This document shows, one piece after another, positions 10,409 through 19,405 of a DNA stretch of 64,000 bases (position 1 is its first letter; each line of letters begins with the position of its first letter). Location: NCBI GenBank assembly GCA_965222605.1, contig OZ244960.1, positions 3,840,001 to 3,904,000 on the forward strand. Direction: 5' to 3'. The notes under the pieces are model-generated. The model had not been told where the DNA came from. It was given only the letters and a program-made list of their open reading frames with translations, and ran no database searches. The stretch comes from Candidatus Latescibacterota bacterium. GTDB taxonomy: Bacteria; Latescibacterota; UBA2968. A program made the translations under genes and the position numbers.

Positions 10409-11170
10409 ATGGCGGAACGCAAGAAGTTGTTGATTACGGGGGCAGCGGGCAAGATTGGGACGGCGCTGCGAAAGCATCTGCGGAACCGATACGATTTTCG
10501 ATTGATGTTTCACTCTCAGATTCCAGACGATCTGGACGAGAAGGACGAGGTGGTGGTTTCGGATATTTCTAATTTTGAGGCAATGGTAGAGGCGGCTGAT
10601 GGCGTAGATGCGATTGCCCATCTGGCTCTTTTTAGAACCTGGCAGGGGATGCCGAATGCACAGAGGGCGCAGGTGACGTTTGATGTGGATATGAAGGGAA
10701 CGTACAATATCTACGAAGCAGCGCGGATTAACCGGGTGCCAACGGTGGTCTATGCCAGTACGAATCACGTAACTGGAATGAACGAGAAGGAGGGCATTTG
10801 TTCGGAGCCTGACAAACCCGTGCGCCCGGACGGGATCTACGGGGCTGGCAAGGCGTTTGGAGAGGCTCTGGGACGGTTTTACGCCGATCAGTACGGAATG
10901 CGGGTGTTTTGTTTGCGGATCGCCAATTTCAATGGGCTGGATGAACCGGGGCGAGATTATGAGCCGGGGCAGTCCCGCTGGTTCAGTCCTCGGGATATCG
11001 CTCAGATGACCTGGCGATGCATTGAGGCAGAGGATCTGAAGTTTGAGATTTTCTACGGGGTGTCTCGGGGGGGCGAAGAGAAGTGGGATTTGTCCAATGC
11101 GCGGGAACTGATAGGGTACGAGCCGGAGGATGATGGTTCTCTGTCGGAACACCGGGCGAAGTATAAATAA
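10409..11170 (+). CDS. NAD-dependent epimerase/dehydratase (uronate dehydrogenase-like extended SDR)
   Basis: LITGAAGKIG, YASTNHVTG, YGAGK (YxxxK). Confidence 0.88.
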   Translation: MAERKKLLITGAAGKIGTALRKHLRNRYDFRLMFHSQIPDDLDEKDEVVVSDISNFEAMVEAADGVDAIAHLALFRTWQGMPNAQRAQVTFDVDMKGTYNIYEAARINRVPTVVYASTNHVTGMNEKEGICSEPDKPVRPDGIYGAGKAFGEALGRFYADQYGMRVFCLRIANFNGLDEPGRDYEPGQSRWFSPRDIAQMTWRCIEAEDLKFEIFYGVSRGGEEKWDLSNARELIGYEPEDDGSLSEHRAKYK

Positions 11171-11183
11171 GGAGAGGAATCGC

Positions 11184-11957
11184 GTGACAGACGAAGAGAG
11201 GTACCTGTTCGATTTGCATGGCTATCTGGTGCTCCGCGGCGTGCTAACGCAGCAGGAGGTGGATGAACTGAACGAGGTCTCGGACCGGGTGTACCCCAGA
11301 GATTACTCGGATGGCAACGATTCCAAGGGGCGCCGCGGCATTCGCAACGTCCGCTATGTCTCCCGGTGGGAGCCAGTCTGCCAGCGGCTGCTTGATCACC
11401 CGAGAATTGTGCCGATCCTGGCGGAGTTTCTCGGTCCCAAATTCCGCATTGACCACGATTACGCCATGTTCATGAACGCTGGCAGCGACAGCGGGAATCT
11501 GCACGGCCTGCCAGAATTGGGTACGCATCGATACTACTACTACCGGGATGGACAGGTGCGGACGGGTCTGACCGTCGTGACTTTCATGCTGGCTCCAGCC
11601 GGGGCGGGTGATGGTGGGTTTGTATGTATTCCGGGTAGCCACAAGGGCAATTTTCCTCAGAATCTGCCAGAGGATGTACGCACGTTGAAGAGAGTGCCGC
11701 CCTATGTGGTACAGCCCGAGGTGGATGCAGGCGATGTGGTCATTTTTACCGAAGCTTTGACCCACGGAACGAAGGGTTGGCGCGGTACCCATGAACGGCG
11801 TGCCTTTCTTTTCAAATACAACCCGGGACATATGGCCAATCAGGTGTCCTACGACCCGGCGGACTACGTTGAACCCACGCCACAGCAGCAACGGATTATG
11901 ACTGCCCCGTCGGTTGGCAGTCGGCCCAATGTGATCGCTCCGGACTCTACCCAATAG
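11184..11957 (+). CDS. Phytanoyl-CoA dioxygenase (PhyH) family protein
   Basis: GTG start after GGAGAGG; RYLFDLHGYL, IPGSHK, GDVVIFTEALTHG. Confidence 0.85.
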   Translation: MTDEERYLFDLHGYLVLRGVLTQQEVDELNEVSDRVYPRDYSDGNDSKGRRGIRNVRYVSRWEPVCQRLLDHPRIVPILAEFLGPKFRIDHDYAMFMNAGSDSGNLHGLPELGTHRYYYYRDGQVRTGLTVVTFMLAPAGAGDGGFVCIPGSHKGNFPQNLPEDVRTLKRVPPYVVQPEVDAGDVVIFTEALTHGTKGWRGTHERRAFLFKYNPGHMANQVSYDPADYVEPTPQQQRIMTAPSVGSRPNVIAPDSTQ

Positions 11958-13176
11958 GTGCTGCGTTGAAATAGTCCTCATTTCCAAAATAGGGAAACAT
12001 TCCGAATCCCGCTTCCCGGTCTCGGTGTTCCCATACCAGGCCGGTTTCGCAATAACTCAGCGATCCGTGTGCTGGTGGTGAAAACTCGGGATGCCCCAGT
12101 AAATCGCTTCGGAACCAGACGCTTCGGTGCCGAAAACAAACCCCCTTCTCCAGATTTTCCCGCATAAATTCCACGATATGCGGAAAGGTGCGCTGGAATT
12201 CTGTACCCCGCCCGTATTCAATATGTGTCTTCAGCCCCTCCCCTGCGGCTTGCACCTCACCCATTGACATCGGTATCCCATTTTTTAGAAATAGCGCGTC
12301 CGTATTCGGATCTACCACCACCCACTTGCCAAACTGATCGAACCAGACCTCCGCTACAAAATGTCCATTGAAACCGTTCACTTCCTCTGTCAATACCGCG
12401 CACCGGGCCGGAATGCCAACGGCTTGAGCGCAACTCACAAAAGCCGCTGCATAGTGTACACACATTGCCACTGGCCGTTTTCCATTGTGCCCAACCTGCC
12501 CCGGAGCCCAGGCCAACAGGGTTTCGGCATCCCACGGCGCATACTGTTCTGCCCTTGTTGAACTGGTGTGTTCCCAACTGGATGCCAGCCAGGCAGATAA
12601 TGCGCGTATCCGTTTGATCAGTGGTCCCTCATCACGTGCTACCGGCGGCAGCATCCGTCTTAAGGATTCAAATCTGGGTGAATCTGCAATTTCCCATACC
12701 ATAGGCGGCGGTGGGGGATCCTCTCCTTCGGCTAACCTGACCCGAATGATGTATTCACCCAGAACCGCGTTTAAGTATCCCATCCGCTCACTGCGCCAGG
12801 TCTGCCCGCCATCATCGCTTACCGCGCTATCTGGCGTGGAATGTCCCGCTTCCATTGCCAGTGACCAGCCGGCCATTGCCGTGTGATCGGTCCACAGTTC
12901 AAAGGTGTTCTCGCCTTCCTTCAGTTCTGCCACCGATATTTCATACCATGAATACGCTCCGCTCCGCGTCGGTTTCAGCGCGGCAATTTTCTCACCATTC
13001 ACTGCCACCCGCAAGGGCGCGTCGTTTTCCGGATAGGGTCGGGCAAGAATATAAACTATCCCTGGCGCGTTTGTCGCAGGCAAAGTGAGCGTTTTGCGCG
13101 CCCGCCGAAAAATCGTTAATTCCTCACAAAGAGATGGCATTACCCGCCCCTCTTCGCTGTAGTATAATCGGCTCAT
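11947..13176 (-). CDS. Transglutaminase-like domain protein
   Basis: Cys-His-Asp triad motifs AMCVHYA, GHFVAEVW, WVVVDP. Confidence 0.75.
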   Translation of the reverse strand: MSRLYYSEEGRVMPSLCEELTIFRRARKTLTLPATNAPGIVYILARPYPENDAPLRVAVNGEKIAALKPTRSGAYSWYEISVAELKEGENTFELWTDHTAMAGWSLAMEAGHSTPDSAVSDDGGQTWRSERMGYLNAVLGEYIIRVRLAEGEDPPPPPMVWEIADSPRFESLRRMLPPVARDEGPLIKRIRALSAWLASSWEHTSSTRAEQYAPWDAETLLAWAPGQVGHNGKRPVAMCVHYAAAFVSCAQAVGIPARCAVLTEEVNGFNGHFVAEVWFDQFGKWVVVDPNTDALFLKNGIPMSMGEVQAAGEGLKTHIEYGRGTEFQRTFPHIVEFMRENLEKGVCFRHRSVWFRSDLLGHPEFSPPAHGSLSYCETGLVWEHRDREAGFGMFPYFGNEDYFNAAPIG

Positions 13177-13263
13177 GTCAGCACCCCTTGTTGAAAAAAG
13201 CTTTATACGTCGCTGTACCATAATATAAGAATTTATGTACATCTCTCACCCGAATAAGTTACC

Positions 13264-13292
13264 TTGACACCGCCAGAGTCATACGTTAGTAT
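13264..13292 (+). promoter_or_regulatory. Sigma70-type promoter upstream of tnpB
   Basis: TTGACA-N17-TAGTAT. Confidence 0.55.
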
Positions 13293-13343
13293 GTTGATCA
13301 ACGCAGCTTCAGTGTGATGCTATAAAAAAGGTGCAATTAGAAA

Positions 13344-14465
13344 ATGATCAAAACACACAAAATAGCACTATTGGTCAATAACAGGCAAGCCACGCTTTTG
13401 TCGCGTCATTGTGGTTTTGCGCGTGTAGCATATAATTATGCACACCAGTTCATGTGCGATCACCTTGAAGAGACAGGCGAAATACTGCGTGTAGCCGCCT
13501 TAAAACGTGCCTTTAACAAGATCAAGTATGACGAATATAAGTGGTGCAAAGCGTTGAGTCAAAATGCGGGTAAGAATGCTATTCATGATTTGGATTCAGG
13601 CATTGAAAAGTGGCTCGATGACAAATTGCCGAACCGCAAGCCTAAAAAACGCAAGCGGTCACATGGACAATCGTTTCGTGCAGATAATGGACCAGGAACG
13701 GTCTGCGTTGACAGACGGCGCGTTAAGTTGCCGAAAGTTGGCTGGCTGACGATGCGCGAAGCGTTGCGTTTTGACGGATCAATCAGGACAGCGACAATAA
13801 TTAAAGAGGCGGGACGCTGGTTTATGTGCTTATCCGTGAAAGTGGCTGATTCGTTACCGCCAAAGCGTAAGATTGGTAGCGTAATGGGTATAGATGTCGG
13901 CGTGAAAACACTGGCAGTAACGTCTGAGGGCGACTTCATTGAGAATCCGAAGCCACTGGTAAGACATCAAAAGAAGTTACGCAAAGTTGACAAAGCCATT
14001 GCACGGTCAAGAAATGTGTATGGCAAAAACAAGAGAAGCAACCGTAGAGACAGAAAGTATGCACAGCGACAAAAATTGCATGCCCGAATAAGAAATATCC
14101 GCGATGACCTACAACACAAGGCTACATCCGCCATCGTTGAGGCGAAGCACGTTAGAAAAGTTGTTGTAGAGACCTTGCAAATTAAAGGCATGCTTAAAAA
14201 CCGCAAACTTTCGAGGGCGATTGCAGATGCGTCCATGTCGAAGTTTATATCTAAGCTGAAATACAAGTGTGACTGGTCTGGTATCGAATTTGAACAAGCA
14301 GATATGTTCTTTCCGTCCACAAAGACATGCTCTTCTTGTGGAAACAGAAAAGCGCATATCGGCTTAGATATTCGTACTTATACGTGTTATGCTTGTAGTA
14401 TGGTGATGGATAGAGACTTAAACGCTGCAATCAATCTAAAACAATATCAGACGCGGTTAGCTTAA
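13344..14465 (+). CDS. tnpB: RNA-guided endonuclease TnpB (IS607/IS605-type), RuvC triad intact
   Basis: N-terminal HTH (HKIAL..NNRQ..L...CG.AR.AYN), RuvC D in GIDVG, E in VVVETL, Zn ribbon CSSC/CYAC, D in DRDLNAAINL. Confidence 0.95.
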   Translation: MIKTHKIALLVNNRQATLLSRHCGFARVAYNYAHQFMCDHLEETGEILRVAALKRAFNKIKYDEYKWCKALSQNAGKNAIHDLDSGIEKWLDDKLPNRKPKKRKRSHGQSFRADNGPGTVCVDRRRVKLPKVGWLTMREALRFDGSIRTATIIKEAGRWFMCLSVKVADSLPPKRKIGSVMGIDVGVKTLAVTSEGDFIENPKPLVRHQKKLRKVDKAIARSRNVYGKNKRSNRRDRKYAQRQKLHARIRNIRDDLQHKATSAIVEAKHVRKVVVETLQIKGMLKNRKLSRAIADASMSKFISKLKYKCDWSGIEFEQADMFFPSTKTCSSCGNRKAHIGLDIRTYTCYACSMVMDRDLNAAINLKQYQTRLA

Positions 14466-14586
14466 CCGAGTCTCAAAACGGATGTGGAGAATTGTAAGAC
14501 CTATGCGTTTATAGGCTGAATCTGTGAAGCGTCAATTTAACAATAAATACCTATTTTTGTATGTATTTACAGGTTTAAAGGAGCGG
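14449..14586 (+). ncRNA. TnpB omega-RNA (reRNA) scaffold, 3' part; boundaries approximate
   Basis: Hairpins CGGTTA/TAACCG (14454-14468), CCTAT/ATAGG and TAAATAC/GTATTTA (14544-14569); the GTGGAG...GTAAGACC...TGAAGCGTCAA layout is typical of tnpB right ends. Confidence 0.65.
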
Positions 14587-14594
14587 AGGACGGA

Positions 14595-15695
14595 ATGAGC
14601 AATGATCACGAAGACAGAGCATCGAGTATTCGCGTTACGGGATTGACTGCGATACCGATTGGTGTGAAGGGATATGTCAAGATCGAGACGAGTGCAGGGA
14701 TTACTGGCTGGGGTGAGATCAATAACATGGAGACAAATGTGACCTGCGCGCTTGCAGAGTCGCTTTCCGAGTTGATTATTGGAGAGAATCCCACGCGCAC
14801 GGAACACCTCTGGCAGCGGATGTTCCGCGCACATCGAAATATTCGCAATGGTGGTCTGATGGTTCACACGATTTCCGCGATTGATATGGCGCTGTGGGAT
14901 ATTTGTGGCAAGCTGCACGGGGTTCCGGTGTATCGCCTGTTGGGCGGTCCGTGTCGGGACAAGATATGGATGTATCCAAGTCCAAAGGCGATCAAGACCG
15001 GGCCGGGTGGTGCCCAATATTTCGCGGGTACGCCTGCCGAGATTGAGGCAATCGTTCAGAAGATTGTGGATGCGAGGGAGAAGGTGGGACACGACGGTGC
15101 CGTGATGTTCGATGCTCATAGTTGCCTGCCACCGCCCCTGGTCAGACAGTTCGCGGGCTATTTGAAGTCCGATGACTTGCTGTTTTTGGAAGAGGCGTGG
15201 GTGCCGGGGAATATAGAAAATATGAAGAAGGTCCGCGAGATGGTGCCGGTGCCTCTTGCGACGGGTGAGCGAGATCGCACGATCTGGGAGGTGCGGGAGA
15301 TTTTGGAAGCGCAGGTGATTGACGTGCTACAGCCTGATTGCGGTCACGGCGGAGGGATTACCCAGATGAAGAAGGTGGCTGCACTCGCCGAAGCGCATTT
15401 TGTCCCCATTGCACCGCATTGCACGATGTCCCATCTGGGTTTGACGGCCAGCCTGCATGTCGCAGCGTCGGTGCCGATGTTTTTGATCCACGAGGGCTAT
15501 GCGGGTGTGCTTCCCGAAGATGTGGCGATTAAGACCTGGGAAATGGATGACGAAGGCTATGTGTCGTTGCCCGAGGGACCCGGGCTGGGCGTTGAGGTCA
15601 ACGAAGCGCGCGCAATCGAAGTGGGTCGGGATCCAGCGCGTCAATTCAAGTGGCCAAATGCGAGGCTTCGAGATGGAGCGGTGTCGGATTATTGA
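14595..15695 (+). CDS. Mandelate racemase / galactonate dehydratase-like enolase-superfamily enzyme
   Basis: SAIDMALWDI.GK, PVYRLLGG, FDAH, LEE, ATGER, QPD, APHC. Confidence 0.9.
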   Translation: MSNDHEDRASSIRVTGLTAIPIGVKGYVKIETSAGITGWGEINNMETNVTCALAESLSELIIGENPTRTEHLWQRMFRAHRNIRNGGLMVHTISAIDMALWDICGKLHGVPVYRLLGGPCRDKIWMYPSPKAIKTGPGGAQYFAGTPAEIEAIVQKIVDAREKVGHDGAVMFDAHSCLPPPLVRQFAGYLKSDDLLFLEEAWVPGNIENMKKVREMVPVPLATGERDRTIWEVREILEAQVIDVLQPDCGHGGGITQMKKVAALAEAHFVPIAPHCTMSHLGLTASLHVAASVPMFLIHEGYAGVLPEDVAIKTWEMDDEGYVSLPEGPGLGVEVNEARAIEVGRDPARQFKWPNARLRDGAVSDY

Positions 15696-15717
15696 GAGGT
15701 CGAGGAGGAATAGGCTG

Positions 15718-16725
15718 ATGAGTACGGAAGCGAAAAAGATCTACGACGAGGCGATTGTTATAGATGGTCTGAGCATTAGCAACTGGGAGAGCGACGCGGT
15801 GTTCAGGCGTTTGCGAGCCGGTAATATCACCGCTATCAATGCCACGGTGGCAACGTGGGAAAATTTTGTGCAGACTATGGCGTATCTATCGGCGTGGATG
15901 CGGCGCTTTCGCGAGCGCGATGATATCTTGCAGGTGAAAGAGACGGCCGATATTTACACCGCCAAAGAGCACGGCAAAACCGGGATCATTCTCAGTTTTC
16001 AGAATGCCTCGCCCATAGAAAACGAGCTGGATCGCCTGGGGCTGTTTCTCGCTCTCGGCGTGCGCGTGATTCAACTGACCTATCACGAGACCAATTTGCT
16101 GGGTAGCGGTTGCTGGGAGCGAACCGATGGTGGCCTGAGCAATTTCGGCGTGGATGCGGTGCGCGAAATGAACCGGCTCGGTATTGTTATCGATTTGTCG
16201 CACGTCGGTCCGAAAACGACAATGGACGCCATCGAGATGTCCGAGCAGCCGGTCGCCATTACCCATGCCAATGCGCGCAGTTTTTGCGGTCATCCTCGGA
16301 ACAAGGAAGAAGATGCGCTCAAGCTCCTCGCCGAAAAGGGCGGCGTTGTGGGTGCCACGTCATTCGCGAATTTTCTCCCTAAGGGATTCGATTCGACTGT
16401 CGAGGATTTTGTCGATGCCATTGACGATATGGTGGAGCGGGTCGGCATTGACCACGTGGCTATCGGCACCGATTCCACACACGATCAGCCGCTCGAGTTC
16501 TGGCATTATATCGGTTCGCAGCAGGGCACGAAGTTTCCCTCGACTTTTGCCGATGGCTCGGTGCCATACACCGAACTGAGCTTTCAACCGAAGGGAATTG
16601 ACAGCCCGGCGGAGTTTCCCAATCTGGCCGAGGCACTCGTCAATCGCGGGTACAGCGCCGAGGATATCACTAAGCTGTTGGGCGGAAATTGGATGAATCT
16701 GTTCGAGCGGGTGTGGAATGTCTGA
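15718..16725 (+). CDS. Membrane/renal dipeptidase family (M19) metallohydrolase
   Basis: QLTY, DGGLS.FG, IDLSHVG, THAN, HPRNK, IGTD, LGGNW. Confidence 0.9.
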   Translation: MSTEAKKIYDEAIVIDGLSISNWESDAVFRRLRAGNITAINATVATWENFVQTMAYLSAWMRRFRERDDILQVKETADIYTAKEHGKTGIILSFQNASPIENELDRLGLFLALGVRVIQLTYHETNLLGSGCWERTDGGLSNFGVDAVREMNRLGIVIDLSHVGPKTTMDAIEMSEQPVAITHANARSFCGHPRNKEEDALKLLAEKGGVVGATSFANFLPKGFDSTVEDFVDAIDDMVERVGIDHVAIGTDSTHDQPLEFWHYIGSQQGTKFPSTFADGSVPYTELSFQPKGIDSPAEFPNLAEALVNRGYSAEDITKLLGGNWMNLFERVWNV

Positions 16726-16900
16726 AGCAGCGGCCACCCACGTCCCGAGCGCGGTCCGTGAAGCGCATCCGGAAATCCCCTGGCGGGCGTCCAGGCCCAA
16801 ATCCTTTCCCCATCCATACCGTTCACCTCTGAGACAAGAGGTTCTCAAACCTCTTATAACTGAGATCAAATCCGTCCAGACCATTCACAGGGTCACCTAA
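16718..16900 (+). pseudogene. Remnant of a DUF86/HepT (HEPN) toxin gene
   Basis: EAAATHVPSAVREAHPEIPWR matches the GEA..HIP..VR..HPEIPWR core of DUF86; the N-terminus and the Rx4H motif are missing. Confidence 0.6.
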
Positions 16901-16915
16901 CGACAGGAGAAGGAC

Positions 16916-17293
16916 ATGATCGACAACATCCACAAAATTGCCCTGGTCAGCGACGATATCGAAGAGGCCGTGCGATTTTATACCCGGACCCTGGGCCTGG
17001 TGGAAATTGAGCGCTTTCACAACGAGGACGACGAGGATTTCGTCTTTTTGCAGGCCGGAGATATCATTCTGGAATTGATGCCCCAAAAGACCATGGACGC
17101 AGAAGTGGGTTTTCACCATATATCCTTTAAGGTCGACAGCGTTGACAACAGCGCCCAGGAACTCGAGGACAAGGGCGTGGGCATTGCTGTGGAGCCTTTC
17201 GACGCCGAGGGAACCGACATCCGGCTGAGCTTTTTCAAAGGGCCGAATGACGTGCTCCTGCAATTGTTTCGGCGCGAATCCGATCACGCCTGA
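16916..17293 (+). CDS. VOC / glyoxalase family protein
   Basis: IHKIALVSDDIEEAVRFY...LG, GFHHISFKV. Confidence 0.85.
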   Translation: MIDNIHKIALVSDDIEEAVRFYTRTLGLVEIERFHNEDDEDFVFLQAGDIILELMPQKTMDAEVGFHHISFKVDSVDNSAQELEDKGVGIAVEPFDAEGTDIRLSFFKGPNDVLLQLFRRESDHA

Positions 17294-17308
17294 ATTGAGA
17301 GGTTTGCT

Positions 17309-18145
17309 ATGAAAGTAGGTGTTTACGCTTCGATGTTCGGGAAGGATGATCCTCCGCGCCTGGAAAGCGTGGAAAGCTATATCCAACTGGCGTACCAATT
17401 GAAGCTGGATGTGATCGATTTCCACAGCGGGCGCGGATTCCGGTCAAAGCAGCCGGCGTACTTGCTCGAGGTGAAGATGCGGTGCCTCAGGTACGGGCTG
17501 TCGGTAGGGTATCTGGCTTCGGGTGGGCATTTTGTGGGATCCGATGCGGACCTGGCTGAGAAACTGGCCAAAGCCAGAGCAGATGTGGATACGGCCGCGT
17601 TTATAGGTGCGCCCATGATCCGGTTGTTTTGCGGGATGCCGCAGGAGGATGCTGAAGTGCAGAGGCGGGAAATTCGCTGTTTTCAGGATGCGGCCGATTA
17701 TGCCGCAGAGAAGGGGATTGCTGTAGGGCTACAGAACCATCCTTCTACAGGAGAAGATGTGCTGCGGATTCTGGAACAGACGGATCGGGACAATTTTACG
17801 CTTATTATGGACACCGGACAGTGGGTCGGATCGCCTGCGCGGAACAAGGGGGTGCCGGACCCTGAGGTGGATATTTATACGTTTATGGAACAGACAGCGC
17901 CATATACGGCCCATGTCCGGGCCAAGTTTTACAAGATCGATACAGGAGAGGAGGCGTGGCTGAATTATCCGCGGATTATTCAGATTCTGAAGGATATGGA
18001 CTTCAACGGGGCTGTCTCGGTGGTCTTTGAAGGCAAGGATTTGAATGCGTGCGACGATACGGAGGTGATTCGGCTGGCGGTAGCCCACCTGCGCGAGGTG
18101 ATTGCAGAAATTGATCTTCCTAAAGATTACAACTCGATACATTAA
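17309..18145 (+). CDS. Sugar phosphate isomerase/epimerase (TIM barrel)
   Basis: GAPMIRLFCG, LQNH, MDTG, HVRAK, VVFEG. Confidence 0.8.
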   Translation: MKVGVYASMFGKDDPPRLESVESYIQLAYQLKLDVIDFHSGRGFRSKQPAYLLEVKMRCLRYGLSVGYLASGGHFVGSDADLAEKLAKARADVDTAAFIGAPMIRLFCGMPQEDAEVQRREIRCFQDAADYAAEKGIAVGLQNHPSTGEDVLRILEQTDRDNFTLIMDTGQWVGSPARNKGVPDPEVDIYTFMEQTAPYTAHVRAKFYKIDTGEEAWLNYPRIIQILKDMDFNGAVSVVFEGKDLNACDDTEVIRLAVAHLREVIAEIDLPKDYNSIH

Positions 18146-19224
18146 AACGTCTCGCCATGTTTTTCGATCAGGTCTTCATTCCATTCGATGCCGAGACCGG
18201 GCGCGTCGTCCATAATGACATGTCCGTCTTTAAATTCTAAATCGCCTACCATATCTGTGCTGAAGTTTCGCAGGTAATTTTCCACTACCAGTCCATTATC
18301 TACCGCGGCGACTACTACGCAACCCAGAGCTCCTTGTCCATGGGGGGCCATTTGCAGGTGATGGGCGCTGGCCATGGCCGCAATTTTCATCCATTCGCTG
18401 ATTCCGCCGCAGTTGTTTGGATCGGCCTGTACGATGCGTACACCGCCGCGTTCGATCAGGTCGCGAAATCCCCAGCGCGTGGCTTCGTTTTCTCCACTGG
18501 CAACTGGATAATCCAGTGCCTCGGCGACCTGTGCTGAGCCTTCGAAATCATCCGGGCGCACGGGTTCTTCATACCAGTAGGGGTCACAGGGTTCGATCAT
18601 GCGTCCGAATCGAATTGCGGTATGCGCGTCCCAGGCATTGTTCGCGTCGATCATCAGCGCGATGTCGTCGCCGATTGCTTTGCGAACAGCGTGTACCCTT
18701 TCGGCGTCTTCTTTCAATGTGACGCCCGGCCATCCCACTTTCATTTTTACCGCTTGAAATCCCTGACTTACATAGGTTGTCATTTCTTCACAGAGTTCTG
18801 GTATGCCCTTGCCTTTTTCGTAATATCCACCCGCGGCATAGGCCCATAGCTTGTTTTGTACGCCGCCGAGCAATTTCCACACGGGTTGATTGAGTATCTT
18901 GCCTTTCAAGTCCCAAAGGGCGTTGTCGGCTGCGCTGATTGCGTTGATGTATTCGCCTTTGGCAATGGGTTTGCGCGTGCCGCCCATGAATAGTTTTTCC
19001 CATAAGTACGCGATCCGCATGGGGTCTTCGCCGATCAATTTTTCTTTTAATGTGTTCAGTTTTGTCCGCACAGATCCCGAACACATGGTCATGCCTATCA
19101 AGCCTTCATCTGTATATATCTCCAATCTGGCACGGGACTTGGAGCGCGTGGTGACAATCGAGTTCCAGAATGGTTTTTCGAGGCGTTGTTTTACAATAGT
19201 TATCTTAATATCTGTGATTTTCAT
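18142..19224 (-). CDS. Mandelate racemase/muconate lactonizing enzyme family protein
   Basis: ALWDLKGK, KMKVG (KxK), MIDANN, YEEP, ASGEN, APH. Confidence 0.92.
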   Translation of the reverse strand: MKITDIKITIVKQRLEKPFWNSIVTTRSKSRARLEIYTDEGLIGMTMCSGSVRTKLNTLKEKLIGEDPMRIAYLWEKLFMGGTRKPIAKGEYINAISAADNALWDLKGKILNQPVWKLLGGVQNKLWAYAAGGYYEKGKGIPELCEEMTTYVSQGFQAVKMKVGWPGVTLKEDAERVHAVRKAIGDDIALMIDANNAWDAHTAIRFGRMIEPCDPYWYEEPVRPDDFEGSAQVAEALDYPVASGENEATRWGFRDLIERGGVRIVQADPNNCGGISEWMKIAAMASAHHLQMAPHGQGALGCVVVAAVDNGLVVENYLRNFSTDMVGDLEFKDGHVIMDDAPGLGIEWNEDLIEKHGETF

Positions 19225-19405
19225 TGTGGTCTCCTGTATAAAAAATCTGAATATGTAGTGGCTTTGTTGCAGGAATATAAAGTGCATCCCGAATGCGACA
19301 ATGGAAATCTCACCTGTTCTGGTATTGCTTGTGCTGTTCTGGGTGACGGGTTATCATATTTCACAATGGATTTTTTACGAAAAACTGCCAAGGAGGTCAG
19401 AGTTT

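Larger units (their letters stand above)
13260..14586 (+). mobile_element. Non-autonomous tnpB-only IS element (no tnpA); ends approximate
   Basis: AT-richer segment carrying tnpB and a structured 3' flank; no Y1 or serine transposase adjacent. Confidence 0.6.

Noticed and set aside
13344-14465. TnpB as a Cas12f/type V effector or a nuclease-dead TldR
   Set aside because: No repeat-spacer array nearby, and all three RuvC catalytic residues are intact
15499-15717. Long N-terminal extensions of several ORF-track calls (dipeptidase; also the TPP enzyme, cysS, lgt, sigma factor and the second PhyH)
   Set aside because: They overlap upstream genes or promoters; downstream starts with an RBS match the family N-termini
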